DNA of 64,000 bases from Candidatus Angelobacter sp. (lineage in GTDB: Bacteria; Chloroflexota; Limnocylindria; QHBO01): assembly GCA_035463095.1 (NCBI GenBank), contig DATHTR010000123.1, forward strand, positions 25,058 through 89,057, read 5' to 3'. Position 1 is the stretch's first letter; each line of letters opens with the position of its first letter. A program made the translations under genes and the position numbers. Shown here one piece after another: positions 37,697-48,456 of this stretch. The notes under the pieces are model-generated. The model made no database searches and was not told the DNA's origin. It worked only from the letters and a program-made list of their open reading frames with translations.

Positions 37697-38728
37697 ATGA
37701 CGCGCACGTATCGCGAGGCCGGCGTCGACGTCGATGAGGCGGAGCGCGCGGTCGAGCGGATCGGACGCGCGGCGGCATCGACCCACACGCCGGCGGTCCT
37801 GGGCGGGATCGGCGGGTTCGCGGGGCTCTTCCGCTTCGATCCGTCGGTGTACCCCGACCCCGTGCTGGTCAGCAGCACCGATGGCGTCGGCACGAAGCTC
37901 AAGGTCGCCATCGGGCTCGGGCGGCACGACACCATCGGCGTCGACCTGGTGAACGCCTGCGTCAACGATCTCGCCGTCACCGGCGCCGACCCCCTCTTCT
38001 TCCTGGACTACCTGGCCGTCGGATCGCTGCGGGCCGAGGTCGTGGAGGAGATCGTCGCCGGCGTGGCGGCCGGATGCGCGGCGGCAGGCATCCCGCTGAT
38101 CGGCGGCGAGACGGCCGAGATGCCCGACCTGTACCGCGGCGACGACTACGACCTCGCCGGCTTCGTGGTCGGCGTGGCGGCTCGCGCCGACCTCATCGAC
38201 GGGTCGCGGGTGCGGGCCGGCGACGCCGTGATCGGCCTCCCGTCGACCGGCATGCACACCAACGGCTACTCCCTCGCGCGCCGGATCCTGCCCGAGGACA
38301 CATGGCGCCGGCCGATGCCCGACGGCGACCGCACGATCGGGGACGCGCTGCTGGCCCCGCACCGCTCCTACGTCGACCAGGTCCGCGCCATCCGCAGCTC
38401 GCTGCGGGACCGGGGTCAGGACATCGGTGCCATCGCGCACATCACCGGCGGCGGCTGGGAGGGCAATGTGCCGCGCACGCTGCCCGATGGTCTGGGCGTC
38501 GAGATCGACACCGGCTCGTGGCCGGTCCCGCCGATCTTCAGCCTGCTCCAGCACCGCGGCGACATCGCCGACGCCGAGATGGTCCGCACCTTCAACGTCG
38601 GAATCGGCATGACGGTCGTCGTGCCGGCGGACGGTGCGGAGGGGGCGCTGGCGGTGGTCGACGACGCGTGCCGCGTCGGCCGGGTGGTCGAGGTGGCCGT
38701 CGGCGAGCCCCGCGTCCGCTTCGACTGA
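37697..38728 (+). CDS. purM: AIR synthetase
   Basis: MTRTYREAGVDVDEAE...GGFAGLF...STDGVGTKLK. ATG at 37697 lies within ORF 37325..38728. Confidence 0.93.
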   Translation: MTRTYREAGVDVDEAERAVERIGRAAASTHTPAVLGGIGGFAGLFRFDPSVYPDPVLVSSTDGVGTKLKVAIGLGRHDTIGVDLVNACVNDLAVTGADPLFFLDYLAVGSLRAEVVEEIVAGVAAGCAAAGIPLIGGETAEMPDLYRGDDYDLAGFVVGVAARADLIDGSRVRAGDAVIGLPSTGMHTNGYSLARRILPEDTWRRPMPDGDRTIGDALLAPHRSYVDQVRAIRSSLRDRGQDIGAIAHITGGGWEGNVPRTLPDGLGVEIDTGSWPVPPIFSLLQHRGDIADAEMVRTFNVGIGMTVVVPADGAEGALAVVDDACRVGRVVEVAVGEPRVRFD

Positions 38729-38731
38729 GCC

Positions 38732-39334
38732 GTGGCCCGCCGCCGGCTCGGCGTCCTCGTCTCGGGTCGAGGCTCGAACCTGGAGGCGCTGCTGGGCGCG
38801 GGACTGGAGGTCGCGCTCGTGGTGAGCAACCGCCCGGAGGTGCGGGCGCTCGACGTCGCTCGTGCCCACCAGGTCGAGGCTCGGGTCCTGCGACGCGCCG
38901 ACTTCCCGGACGCCGACTCCCGCGACCAGGCGATCGGCACCGCGCTGCGACAGGCGGATGTCGGCCTGGCGGTTCTGGCCGGCTACGACCAGCTCCTGCG
39001 GCCGGCGTACTTCACGGCGTTCGGGGGCCGCACCATCAACATCCATCCGAGCCTGCTTCCCGCCCACGGAGGACGCGGCATGATCGGGGCAGCGGTGCAT
39101 CGGGCGGTCCTGGCGGCCGGGGACCGCGTGACCGGCGCGTCGGTCCACGAGGTCACTCCCGAGCTCGACGCCGGCCCGGTGCTCGCCCGAGCCGAGGTGC
39201 CCGTGGAGCCGGGGGACGATGTCCCCAGCCTGGCAGCCCGCGTCCTGGTGGCGGAGCACCGCCTGCTGGTCGACTCCGTGCGACGGCTGCTGGCCGACCT
39301 CGAGACGGCCCGGGACGCGTCCGGCGCCTCCTGA
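38732..39334 (+). CDS. purN: GAR formyltransferase
   Basis: LGVLVSGRGSNLEAL...INIHPSLLPAHGG...GASVHEVTPELDAGP. Confidence 0.92.
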   Translation: MARRRLGVLVSGRGSNLEALLGAGLEVALVVSNRPEVRALDVARAHQVEARVLRRADFPDADSRDQAIGTALRQADVGLAVLAGYDQLLRPAYFTAFGGRTINIHPSLLPAHGGRGMIGAAVHRAVLAAGDRVTGASVHEVTPELDAGPVLARAEVPVEPGDDVPSLAARVLVAEHRLLVDSVRRLLADLETARDASGAS

Positions 39335-39448
39335 CCGGCGATCGGTCGATCGGCACGTCGCGTGCTAGGATGCCCCCTGGCGCGCACACGCCGCCATTCC
39401 GCGCGCGACCTGACCGCGCGCTTCCGCAGGAGAGGCCAAGGCACGTAG

Positions 39449-40054
39449 ATGGACGCGATTCTCGAACCGATCGGGCAGTTCTGGGAGGGGTTCCTGAACA
39501 ACCCGATCGTCCAGCTGGCCAGCCAGCTGATCGTGATCTACGTCGTGCTCCTGTGGCTGGGGACGGCATACTGGGCCTTCCGCGACATGCAGGCCCGGAC
39601 CGAGAACCCGATCCTGCCGTACTTCGCCGCCGCCCTCATCATCTTCTTCACGCCGCTGCTCTTCATGTTCGCGGTGGTGCTGTACCTCATCGTCCGTCCG
39701 CGCGAGACCCTCGCCGAGGTGTACGAGCGCTCGCTCGCCGAGGAGAGCCTCCTGGCCGAGGTCGAGAAGAACGAGCTGTGCCCGGTCTGCCGCGACCGCG
39801 TCGACGCCGACTGGCTCGTCTGCCCGAACTGCCGCACCCGGCTCCACCGGGTCTGCCCTTCCTGCAACCGGCTGGCAGAGCCGACCTGGCCGCTGTGCGC
39901 ATATTGCGGCCGCGAGTTCGAGCGCAGCCCTCGCGCCGCCCGCACCCGGGCGCGCGCGGAGGAGCCGGCGGCCGAGCGTGAGGAGCCGGCGGCCGCGTCG
40001 GCGTCCGACGCCACGGCCGAGCACGGTCGGCTGCGCGGCGCCACCAACTCCTGA
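39449..40054 (+). CDS. Membrane protein with two N-terminal TM segments and a C-terminal double zinc ribbon
   Basis: VIYVVLLWLGTAYWAFRDM and ALIIFFTPLLFMFAVVLYLIV are the TM segments. Ribbon is CPVCRDRVDADWLVCPNCRTRLHRVCPSCNRLAEPTWPLCAYCG. SD is CAGGAGAGG. Confidence 0.65.
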   Translation: MDAILEPIGQFWEGFLNNPIVQLASQLIVIYVVLLWLGTAYWAFRDMQARTENPILPYFAAALIIFFTPLLFMFAVVLYLIVRPRETLAEVYERSLAEESLLAEVEKNELCPVCRDRVDADWLVCPNCRTRLHRVCPSCNRLAEPTWPLCAYCGREFERSPRAARTRARAEEPAAEREEPAAASASDATAEHGRLRGATNS

Positions 40055-40065
40055 CCAACCGCACG

Positions 40066-41061
40066 GTGGACGACGCGGGCCGCGACCGGCCCGGCCTGCC
40101 GGCCGGCCCTCATCCCACCGTCGGGCCCGGATCGGAGCGTCTGCCTCGCTGGCCCGGTCCTGTCCTCATCGTCCTCGGCGCCCTCTTGGCCCTGGGCTCA
40201 CTGGGAGCCGCCGGTCTCGTCGAGCGCGAACAGCTCGTGCTGCAGGATCGGTCGCTGCTGCTGTGGGCGCTCGTCATGGGCGGCCTGCTCTTCGTGGCGG
40301 GCCTCGTCTATGCCGCGCTGCGGCAGCTGCGAATCCGCCGCCACCTGCCGCCAGAGCGCTATCGGGGCCCCGGCGTGCTCCTGCTCCTCGTCATGGTCCT
40401 CGTCGCGGCCGGCATCCTGACCACGCCGTTCGGGGCCGATGCCGCCGCCCTGCTCACCGGCGACGGCGAGCTCTCGCTGGCAGGTGCGTTCGTGCTGCTC
40501 GTCTCGACCCAGGCAGCCCTGCTCGCGGTGAGCTGGCTCTTCGTGTTCCGGCCGCGCGCGCTGGCCGGATGGCCGTCATGGAGCGGTCCGAACCCTGGTG
40601 CGGCGCTCCTCGCCGGATTGAAGTGGGGCCTGCTGGCGTGGGTCGGCGCGACGGCCGCGGCAGCGATCGTGGCGCTCGCGCTGGAGCAGCTCGGCATCAG
40701 CGCCGATCCCCAGGCGGCGGAGCGTGCGCTCCAGAACATCGATCCGTGGCTGGCGGTCCTGGCCGTGGTCATCCTGGCGCCGATCGCCGAGGAGCTGTTC
40801 TTCCGCGGCGTCGTCTTCAACGCCTGGCTGCGCGAGGCTGGACCGCGCGTCGCGTACGTCGGCTCGTCGCTGCTGTTCGCCGTGATCCACCTGTCGCTGG
40901 CCGCGGTCGTTCCGATCTTCCTGCTCGGCCTCGCGCTGGCCTGGATCTACCGCCGCACCGGGAACCTGCTGGCGCCGATCGCGATGCACGCGACGGTGAA
41001 CGGGATCTCGGTCGGGCTTGCTCTGCTCATCCGGTTCGAGATCGTTCCGATCCCGGTCTGA
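40066..41061 (+). CDS. CPBP (CAAX/Abi) family intramembrane metalloprotease
   Basis: Motifs APIAEELFFRG, FAVIHL and IAMHATVNG, with multiple TM segments. GTG start. Confidence 0.8.
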   Translation: MDDAGRDRPGLPAGPHPTVGPGSERLPRWPGPVLIVLGALLALGSLGAAGLVEREQLVLQDRSLLLWALVMGGLLFVAGLVYAALRQLRIRRHLPPERYRGPGVLLLLVMVLVAAGILTTPFGADAAALLTGDGELSLAGAFVLLVSTQAALLAVSWLFVFRPRALAGWPSWSGPNPGAALLAGLKWGLLAWVGATAAAAIVALALEQLGISADPQAAERALQNIDPWLAVLAVVILAPIAEELFFRGVVFNAWLREAGPRVAYVGSSLLFAVIHLSLAAVVPIFLLGLALAWIYRRTGNLLAPIAMHATVNGISVGLALLIRFEIVPIPV

Positions 41062-41110
41062 TAAGGCCGCAGTAATCCGGCGGTGAGCCGCGGAATCCCA
41101 CTATCTCGCC

Positions 41111-41815
41111 ATGACCGCGAGCGGCCTGCCGATCCCCATCCATCCGCGTCGTCCGCGCTCAGGCACGGCCGCCGATCGCCTGGAGCAGCTCGGGGCCGAG
41201 TCCTGCGACGACGAGACGCTCCTGGCTGCGCTGGTCGGCGGCACCAGCGGCATGCCGGTTGCCCGGCGGCTGCTCGACCGGCTCGGGGCACTGGACCGAG
41301 TCGTTCGCGCCCACCCGGCCGAGCTGCGCGTTGCCGGCGTGAGCCGCACCGCCGCGCTGCGCGTGGCCGCCAGCACGGAGATCGGTCGCCGAGCCGCCTG
41401 GTCGGCGATGAGCGACCCGTGGCTCATCCGCACACCTGCCGACGCGGCCGAGCCGCTGGTCGATGCGATGGGCTCGCTCGAGCGCGAGGAGCTCCGCGTC
41501 CTGCTGCTGGATACGAAGAACGTGGTCATCGGCCGGCGGACCGTCTACCGCGGGAACCTCGCCGGATCCTCCGTCCGGGTGGGCGAGGTGTACCGCGACG
41601 CAGTGCGGGCGTGCGCGGCGGCCGTTCTCGTCGTCCACAACCATCCATCCGGTGACCCATCGCCCTCCGGGGAGGATCTGCGCATCACCGGCGAGCTGAC
41701 CGAGGCGGGACGGCTGCTCGACATCGAGTTGCTCGACCACCTCGTGATCGGGCGCGGACGGTGGACGAGCCTGCGCTCGATGGGCGCCCTCGATCAGCCG
41801 CGGACGATGCGGTAG
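41111..41815 (+). CDS. radC: RadC-like JAB/MPN domain protein (UPF0758)
   Basis: N-terminal HhH-like region and the JAMM motif VVHNHPSGDPSPSGED. Confidence 0.85.
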   Translation: MTASGLPIPIHPRRPRSGTAADRLEQLGAESCDDETLLAALVGGTSGMPVARRLLDRLGALDRVVRAHPAELRVAGVSRTAALRVAASTEIGRRAAWSAMSDPWLIRTPADAAEPLVDAMGSLEREELRVLLLDTKNVVIGRRTVYRGNLAGSSVRVGEVYRDAVRACAAAVLVVHNHPSGDPSPSGEDLRITGELTEAGRLLDIELLDHLVIGRGRWTSLRSMGALDQPRTMR

Positions 41816-43017
41816 AGCGTGCCGGCCAGATCGGCCAGGTACAGCTCACCGCCGGCATCCTCGCCGAACGCGCTGATGGCGGCGTCGGTGTCGAGCAGGA
41901 TGCGAGGCGCGGTCAGCTCCGCCACGTCGGAACGCACGCCGAAGATCGTCCCGGCGCAGTAATCGCCGAACAGGTACCAGCCGGCGAGCCCGTCGATGGC
42001 GTCGCCGCGGTACACGTAGCCGCCGGTCACCGAGCAGCCGAGGTCGCGACCGTACTCGGTCACCGGTCCGATGAAGCCGTCGTCGGCGCACGCGGCATCG
42101 GCATAGCAGCGCGAGCCCTCCATGACGTTCCAGCCGAGGTTGCCGCCCGCGTCGGCGACAGGGTCGACGCGGTTGATCTCCTCGAGCGCGCTCTGCCCGA
42201 CGTCGGCGATCCACAGGTCACCCGTCTGCCGGTCGAAGCTGAATCGCCACGGGTTCCTGAGGCCGTGGAACAGGACCTCCGGCGCGGCCCCCGGCGCATC
42301 CACATCGATCCGCAGGATCGTGCCGAGCAGAGTGCCAGGGTCCTGCGCGTTCCCGAGTGGGTCCCCACCGGCGCCGCCGTCACCGAGCCCCAGGTGGAGC
42401 AGCCCGTCCGGCCCGAAGGCGACCTGGCCGCCGTTGTGATTCGAGAACGGCTGGTCGACGCGGAGGAGCACCTCCTCGGAGCCGGGATCGAGCTGCGGCC
42501 CATCGGTCGAGGAGGCCGTGAACCGGCTGAGGACCGTCCGCCCCTGCCGGTCGGTGTAGTGGACGAACGCGGCCGGCTCGTCGGGCCAGGCGGGATGCAG
42601 TGCCAGGCCGAGCAGGCCCTGCTCGGCCTGGCCCAGCACGCGATCGCTGATGTCGAGCGCCGTCCGCACCGATCCGTCGTCCGGGTCGACCGTCACCACG
42701 CGGCCGGCCCGCTCGTTGACGAGCAACCTGCCGTCCGGCATGGCTGCCACGCTGATCGGGGCATCGAGTCCGCCGGCCACCGTTTCGAGCCCGATGGGCG
42801 CGGGATCATCGGCAATGGGCGGTTCGGAGGCGTCACCCGCCGGGGACTCCCGGGTGGCCGATGGCGTCGGCGTCGGCGTCGGCGTGACATCAGGCGACGC
42901 CGTCCGCGCCGGGGTCGGCGCGACGGAGACGCTCGGCGTCGGATCATCGGGTGGCGTGCCACATGCAGCCATGGCGAGGGCCATGAGCACCGTGAGCAGC
43001 AGCCGGCCGGCCTTCAT
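41794..43017 (-). CDS. PQQ-dependent sugar dehydrogenase (soluble glucose/sorbosone dehydrogenase family) lipoprotein
   Basis: Only the 3' third of the 1096-aa ORF 41794..45084 is used. MKAGRLLLTVLMALAMAACG is the lipobox. QPFSNHNGGQVAFGPDG...FHGLRNPWRFSFD...GWNVMEG. ATG at 43026 is an alternative start. Confidence 0.8.
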   Translation of the reverse strand: MKAGRLLLTVLMALAMAACGTPPDDPTPSVSVAPTPARTASPDVTPTPTPTPSATRESPAGDASEPPIADDPAPIGLETVAGGLDAPISVAAMPDGRLLVNERAGRVVTVDPDDGSVRTALDISDRVLGQAEQGLLGLALHPAWPDEPAAFVHYTDRQGRTVLSRFTASSTDGPQLDPGSEEVLLRVDQPFSNHNGGQVAFGPDGLLHLGLGDGGAGGDPLGNAQDPGTLLGTILRIDVDAPGAAPEVLFHGLRNPWRFSFDRQTGDLWIADVGQSALEEINRVDPVADAGGNLGWNVMEGSRCYADAACADDGFIGPVTEYGRDLGCSVTGGYVYRGDAIDGLAGWYLFGDYCAGTIFGVRSDVAELTAPRILLDTDAAISAFGEDAGGELYLADLAGTLYRIVRG

Positions 43018-43059
43018 CGGCTCCATTGTGGCCCGATCGTGTAGCGTTGCGCCACAGCC

Positions 43060-45141
43060 ATGACGACCACGAGAGCCAGCCTGCGGCGGGCCGTCGCGTC
43101 GGTCACCGAGCGTCCGGAGCCGGGACCCGGCGTGGTCGGGACCCGTCGCAGCATCATCATCGAGCGCATCCAGCCCGAGCTGGACGGCGGCCGCTACCCG
43201 GTGAAGCGGGTGGTGGGTGACCAGCTGCTCGTCAGCGCCGACATCTTCGCCGATGGTCACGACCTGCTCGACGCGGCGCTCCTCCTTCGGGCGGACGACG
43301 AGGAGACCTGGCGCGAGGCGCCGATGCGCCCGATCGACAACGACCGCTGGTCGGGCCACATCGAGCTGACGCGGAACCGCTGGCACCGCTACGCGATCGA
43401 AGCCTGGCGCGACGCATTCGCGAGCTGGCGCGACGGCATCGTCAAGAAGCTCGCGGCCGGCGTGGCCGTCCCGGTCGAGATCGAGGAGGGACGGATCCTG
43501 CTCACCGCCGCACTGGCCCGGGCCGAGTCGGCCGGCGCGACCGACGATGCCCGTCTCATCGGCGATTGCGTGGCGGCCCTCCGCCGCGCCCGTTCGGAGT
43601 CGACCCGCGCCGCCGCGCTGACCGGCGAGGAGCTGCTGGCGGCCATGCGCCGTCATCCCGATCGCGGCCACGCGACGCGCTCGCCGGAGCTGCCGCTCGT
43701 GGTCGATCGGGAGCGTGCCCGCTTCGGTGCCTGGTACGAGCTCTTCCCCCGCTCCCAGGGCCGCGACCCCCAGCGACCGACGGCGACCACCTTCGCCGAG
43801 GCCGAGTGGCGCCTCCCGCAGATCGCGGGCATGGGCTTCGACGTCGTCTACCTGCCGCCGATCCATCCCATCGGCCGCACGAACCGGAAGGGGAGGAACA
43901 ACACGCTCGACGCCGGCCCGGACGACGTGGGCTCGCCGTACGCCATCGGGTCGGCCGAGGGAGGGCACGACGCGGTGGCGCCGGAGCTGGGCGGCCTCGA
44001 GCAGTTCCTCCGCTTCCGCGAGGCGGTCGAGGCGCACGGGATGGAGCTGGCGCTCGACATCGCCATCCAGGCCTCGCCGGACCACCCGTACGTGACGAAG
44101 CATCCCGAGTGGTTCCGCCACTCGCCCGACGGCTCGATCAAGTACGCCGAGAACCCGCCGAAGAAGTACCAGGACATCTACCCGGTCTACTTCGAGGGTG
44201 ACGACCACGCGGGGCGCGAGGCGCTCTGGCAGGAGTGGAAGCGGGTCTTCACGGCCTGGATCGACCGCGGCGTGAAGATCTTCCGGGTGGACAACCCGCA
44301 CACGAAGCCGATCCCGTTCTGGGCGTGGCTGATCGCTGAGCTGCAGCGGGAGCACCCCGAGGTCATCTTCCTGTCGGAGGCGTTCACGAAGCCGAAGATG
44401 ATGCGACAGCTGGCCAAGATCGGCTTCACCCAGAGCTACACGTACTTCACCTGGCGCGAGTCGGCGGCCGAGCTGCGGGAGTATTTCACCGAGCTCACGC
44501 AGTCGGAGATGCGCGAATTCTTCCGCGGCAATCTGTTCGCGAACACGCCGGACATCAACCCGCACCATCTCGATGCCGGACGGCCGGCCTTCGTCATTCG
44601 CAGCGTGCTGGCGGCCACGCTGTCGAGCTCGTACGGCATCTACTCCGGCTGGGAGCTGTGCGAAGCGGCGCGGCTCGGCGAGCGCGAGGAGTACCTCGAC
44701 AGCGAGAAGTACGAGATACGAGCGCGGAACTGGGATGCGCCGGGGAACATCAAGCTGCTCATCGGCGAGCTCAACCGGATCCGTCACGAGCGGCCGGCCA
44801 TGAAGCGCTACGACAATCTGCGGTTCGAGAACCTCACCGGCCAGCGGACGCTCTTCTATCGCAAGGCGCTGCCGGTCGGCAAGCTGGATCCGTTGACCGG
44901 CCAGCCACATCGCTGGCGGGACCCGGTGTACGTGGCGGTGAACACCGACCCGACGACCGCCGAGCATGCGATCCTGCACCCGGATCTGCCGGCGGTCGGC
45001 ATCGGCTGGGACGAGCCGTATCGGCTCACCGACCTGCTGACCGGGCAGACCTCGCGCGAGGTGGGGGCCGACCTGCATCTGCACCTGGATCCCGCCCTCG
45101 AGCCGTTCCGCATCTTCACCATCGCGCCGCTCGATCGCTGA
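43060..45141 (+). CDS. glgE: Alpha-1,4-glucan:maltose-1-phosphate maltosyltransferase
   Basis: [23 protein letters not shown]...[10 protein letters not shown]...ANTPDI. 693 aa. Confidence 0.9.
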   Translation: MTTTRASLRRAVASVTERPEPGPGVVGTRRSIIIERIQPELDGGRYPVKRVVGDQLLVSADIFADGHDLLDAALLLRADDEETWREAPMRPIDNDRWSGHIELTRNRWHRYAIEAWRDAFASWRDGIVKKLAAGVAVPVEIEEGRILLTAALARAESAGATDDARLIGDCVAALRRARSESTRAAALTGEELLAAMRRHPDRGHATRSPELPLVVDRERARFGAWYELFPRSQGRDPQRPTATTFAEAEWRLPQIAGMGFDVVYLPPIHPIGRTNRKGRNNTLDAGPDDVGSPYAIGSAEGGHDAVAPELGGLEQFLRFREAVEAHGMELALDIAIQASPDHPYVTKHPEWFRHSPDGSIKYAENPPKKYQDIYPVYFEGDDHAGREALWQEWKRVFTAWIDRGVKIFRVDNPHTKPIPFWAWLIAELQREHPEVIFLSEAFTKPKMMRQLAKIGFTQSYTYFTWRESAAELREYFTELTQSEMREFFRGNLFANTPDINPHHLDAGRPAFVIRSVLAATLSSSYGIYSGWELCEAARLGEREEYLDSEKYEIRARNWDAPGNIKLLIGELNRIRHERPAMKRYDNLRFENLTGQRTLFYRKALPVGKLDPLTGQPHRWRDPVYVAVNTDPTTAEHAILHPDLPAVGIGWDEPYRLTDLLTGQTSREVGADLHLHLDPALEPFRIFTIAPLDR

Positions 45142-45209
45142 GCGCCGCCCGCCGCACCGGTGACGACACGTTGACCAGCCCAGCCAGCCACGACCCGTCC
45201 GAGGGGCCG

Positions 45210-46889
45210 ATGCCCCGGACCGATGTCCGCGCGCCGCAGCTGCTGCGCGACGACCCGCACTGGTACAAGGACGCGATCATCTATCAGCTCCACGTGAAGG
45301 CCTTCGCCGACTCGAGCGGCGACGGCATGGGGGACTTCGCGGGGCTCACCGAGAGGCTCGACTACATCGCCGATCTCGGCGTCACGGCCATCTGGCTCCT
45401 GCCGTTCTATCCGTCACCGCTCAAGGACGACGGGTACGACATCGCCGAGTACACCAAGGTCCATCCCGACTACGGGACGCTGCGCGACTTCCGGACCTTC
45501 GTGCGCGAGGCGCATCGGCGCGGGCTGCGGGTCATCACCGAGCTCGTCGTGAATCACACCTCCGACCAGCACCCGTGGTTCGCCGAGGCCCGGTCCAGCC
45601 GCCGCAATCCGAAGCGGGACTGGTACGTATGGAGCGACACCGACCAGAAGTACACCGACGCGCGGATCATCTTCACCGACACCGAGACGAGCAACTGGAC
45701 CTGGGACCAGGAGTCGCAGCAGTACTACTGGCATCGCTTCTTCAGCCACCAGCCCGACCTCAACTACGACAACCCGCAGGTCATCCGGGCCGTGATGCGG
45801 GTCATGCGCTTCTGGCTCGACCTCGGGGTGGACGGGCTGCGGCTCGACGCCGTGCCGTACCTGGTCGAGCGGGAGGGCACGATCTGCGAGAACCTGCCCG
45901 AGACCCACGAGGTTCTCCGGAAGCTGCGCGCCCACCTCGACGAGCGCTACGACGGACGGATGCTCCTGGCCGAGGCGAACCAGTGGCCGCCGGACGTCCT
46001 GCCCTACTTCGGCACGGACGAGGAGCCGGAATGCCACATGGCCTTCCACTTCCCGCTCATGCCCCGGATCTGGATCTCGCTGCGACGGGAGGATCGCTAC
46101 CCGATCGTCGAGATCATGGGCCAGACGCCTGAGATCCGCGACGAGAGCCAGTGGGCGCTCTTCCTGCGCAACCACGACGAGCTGACGCTCGAGATGGTGA
46201 CCGACGAGGAGCGCGACTTCATGTACACCGAGTACGCGAAGGACGCGCGGATGCGGATCAACGTCGGCATCCGCCGCCGCCTCGCACCGCTGGTCGACAA
46301 CTCGCGACGGCGCATCGAGCTGCTCAACTCGCTCCTGTTCAGCATGCCCGGCACGCCGGTCGTGTACTACGGCGACGAGATCGGGATGGGCGACAACGTC
46401 TACCTCGGCGACCGCAACGGCGTGCGCACCCCGATGCAATGGACCGGCGACCGCAACGCCGGGTTCTCGCGGGCCGATGTCCACGCGCTCTACGCGCCGC
46501 TGGTGGCCGATCCGGTGTACGGCTACCAGGCGGTCAACGTCGAGTCCCAGGAACGCGTGCCCGGCTCCCTGCTGAACTGGATGAAGCGCCTCATCCGGGT
46601 CCGTCGCGCGCACCCGGTGTTCGGGCGCGGGTCGCTGGAGTTCCTCCACCCGGAGAACCGGCGCGTGCTGGCGTACCTGCGCGAGCACGACGGCGTGACC
46701 ATCCTGTGCGTCGCGAACCTGTCGCGCTTCGCACAGTACGTGGAGCTCGACCTGTCGCGCTTCAACGGCCGCGTGCCGATCGAGCTCATCGGCCGGGTCC
46801 ACTTCCCACCGATCGGCGAGCTGCCGTACCTGCTCACCCTGGGACCGCACGACTTCTTCTGGTTCGAGCTCACGTCTGCCGATGGGTGA
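45210..46889 (+). CDS. treS: Trehalose synthase (maltose alpha-D-glucosyltransferase)
   Basis: [32 protein letters not shown]...[10 protein letters not shown]...[14 protein letters not shown] at 45210 lies within ORF 44658..46889. Confidence 0.9.
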   Translation: MPRTDVRAPQLLRDDPHWYKDAIIYQLHVKAFADSSGDGMGDFAGLTERLDYIADLGVTAIWLLPFYPSPLKDDGYDIAEYTKVHPDYGTLRDFRTFVREAHRRGLRVITELVVNHTSDQHPWFAEARSSRRNPKRDWYVWSDTDQKYTDARIIFTDTETSNWTWDQESQQYYWHRFFSHQPDLNYDNPQVIRAVMRVMRFWLDLGVDGLRLDAVPYLVEREGTICENLPETHEVLRKLRAHLDERYDGRMLLAEANQWPPDVLPYFGTDEEPECHMAFHFPLMPRIWISLRREDRYPIVEIMGQTPEIRDESQWALFLRNHDELTLEMVTDEERDFMYTEYAKDARMRINVGIRRRLAPLVDNSRRRIELLNSLLFSMPGTPVVYYGDEIGMGDNVYLGDRNGVRTPMQWTGDRNAGFSRADVHALYAPLVADPVYGYQAVNVESQERVPGSLLNWMKRLIRVRRAHPVFGRGSLEFLHPENRRVLAYLREHDGVTILCVANLSRFAQYVELDLSRFNGRVPIELIGRVHFPPIGELPYLLTLGPHDFFWFELTSADG

Positions 46890-47129
46890 CGCGGCAGTCC
46901 GGCGCCTGACCCCGCCGCCCGGCCGCCAGGTCCGCGGGGCGGGTGCCTGGCGCCACCGGGCGCCGCGGCGCTGCCAGCTACCCGCCGGGCGGGTGGCATC
47001 CGGCGAATCGGCACCGAGGCCGGTCACCGCGCCCGATGTGGACCCGGGGCCTGCATCTCTGGCGGCTTCGCCGCCCGCGACCGTGCCACCCACCCGCCCA
47101 CCGCGGGCGGTGGCGAGCTCCGCGGCCTG

Positions 47130-48419
47130 ATGCACGCCTTCTCGCGCGAGTGGCTGGTCGAGCAGCGCTGGTTCCGATCGAAGGGCAGGCCGATCGCGAC
47201 CGTGACCGACGCCGACCGGGCACCGATCGGCGCAGCCGCCGCCGAGCTCCGCGTGCTCGAGGTCGCGTTCGCCGATGGCGGTCAGCCCGATCTCTACGTC
47301 GTCCTGGCCGTCGATGGACGCGACCCCGAGGACGGAGAAGGAGCGTGGGCCGCGCTCGTGCGCCTGATCGCCGATGGCGCCGAGGTCCGTGCCGGGTCTG
47401 GCCGCTTCTTCGGCTCGCCCACGCCTGCTCTGGCTGACCTGCTGCCATCGGCGCACGAGGTAGGGCCGACGCTCAGCGAGCGGAGGCTGCGGGTCGAGCA
47501 GTCGAACACGTCGGTCGTGCTCGGCGAGCGGCTCATCCTCAAGCTGTTCCGTCTCCTCGAGCCCGGCGCGAACCCGGACCTCGAGGTGGGATCCTTCCTC
47601 ACCGAGGCGGGCTTCGCGGATACACCCCCGATGGCCGGAAGCATCACCTGGCGCCGGAGCGGAGGGGAGCCGGCAGCCGTCGCGATGCTCCAGGGCCTCG
47701 TGCCGTCACGGGGCGACGCGTGGACCGTCCTGCTCGAGCTCCTGAGAACCGATCCCGAGGAGGCGACCCGGCAGGCCGCCCACATCGGCCGGCTCACGGC
47801 CGCCATGCATCGCGCCCTGGCCTCGCATCCGGACCATCCCGACTTCCCGGCTCGCCCGGCGACGGTCGCCGAGGCGGCCGCCTGGCGCGCATCCGCGGAA
47901 GGGCAGCTCGCGCAGGCCGTCACGGCGGTGCGCGACGCGGAGCACGATCGGCTGGTGGGGATCGCCCCCGCCATTCGCGCCCGCTTCGCCGATACCTTCG
48001 GAGCCGCGACCGGCGAGGCGCGCGTCAGCCGCATCCACGGCGACTACCACCTGGGCCAGATCCTGGCGCGCACCGACGGTGGCTACAGCGTCATCGACTT
48101 CGAGGGGGAGCCGGCGCGACCGCTGGCGGAGCGTCGCGCCCCGTCGTCGCCGCTCCGCGACGTCGCCGGCCTGCTCCGCAGCCTGGACTATGCCGCGCGG
48201 ATGGTGGCACGGGATGCCGCGCTCGATGACGAGGCATGGCTGCGCGCCGGCCGGGCCGCGTTCCTCGGCGCCTACGGCGGGATCGGCGCAGACGAGCAGG
48301 GACTTCTCGACGCGTTCGAGCTCGAGAAGGCGTGCTACGAGGTTCGCTACGAGGCGAGCAACCGGCCCGGCTGGCTGTGGCTGCCCCTCGCGGCGGTCGA
48401 GCGGCTCGCCCGATCGTGA
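47130..48419 (+). CDS. mak: Maltokinase (Pep2/Mak)
   Basis: [13 protein letters not shown]...[16 protein letters not shown]...[12 protein letters not shown]...DFEGEP...[13 protein letters not shown]. Confidence 0.85.
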   Translation: MHAFSREWLVEQRWFRSKGRPIATVTDADRAPIGAAAAELRVLEVAFADGGQPDLYVVLAVDGRDPEDGEGAWAALVRLIADGAEVRAGSGRFFGSPTPALADLLPSAHEVGPTLSERRLRVEQSNTSVVLGERLILKLFRLLEPGANPDLEVGSFLTEAGFADTPPMAGSITWRRSGGEPAAVAMLQGLVPSRGDAWTVLLELLRTDPEEATRQAAHIGRLTAAMHRALASHPDHPDFPARPATVAEAAAWRASAEGQLAQAVTAVRDAEHDRLVGIAPAIRARFADTFGAATGEARVSRIHGDYHLGQILARTDGGYSVIDFEGEPARPLAERRAPSSPLRDVAGLLRSLDYAARMVARDAALDDEAWLRAGRAAFLGAYGGIGADEQGLLDAFELEKACYEVRYEASNRPGWLWLPLAAVERLARS

Positions 48420-48456
48420 TCGGCCCTATGCTGCACGCTTCATCCACGAGGACCGA

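Noticed and set aside
41794-41815. 22-nt convergent overlap of the radC and PQQ-dehydrogenase 3' ends
   Set aside because: This is real in the sequence but is a common consequence of compact high-GC genomes. No hairpin or other signal is associated with it.
43018-45084. The 5' two-thirds of the 1096-aa minus-strand ORF 41794..45084
   Set aside because: Only the portion from MKAGRLLL (43017) downstream resembles a real protein (PQQ sugar dehydrogenase with lipobox). The rest is Arg/Pro/Gly-rich and lies exactly antisense to a convincing glgE. This is a typical high-GC shadow ORF.
46882-47130. 82-aa ORF bridging treS and mak with overlapping start and stop
   Set aside because: The translation is Pro/Ala/Arg low-complexity with no recognisable fold, and all three frames are open here. 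It is kept only as a caveat under the treS-mak in-frame finding.
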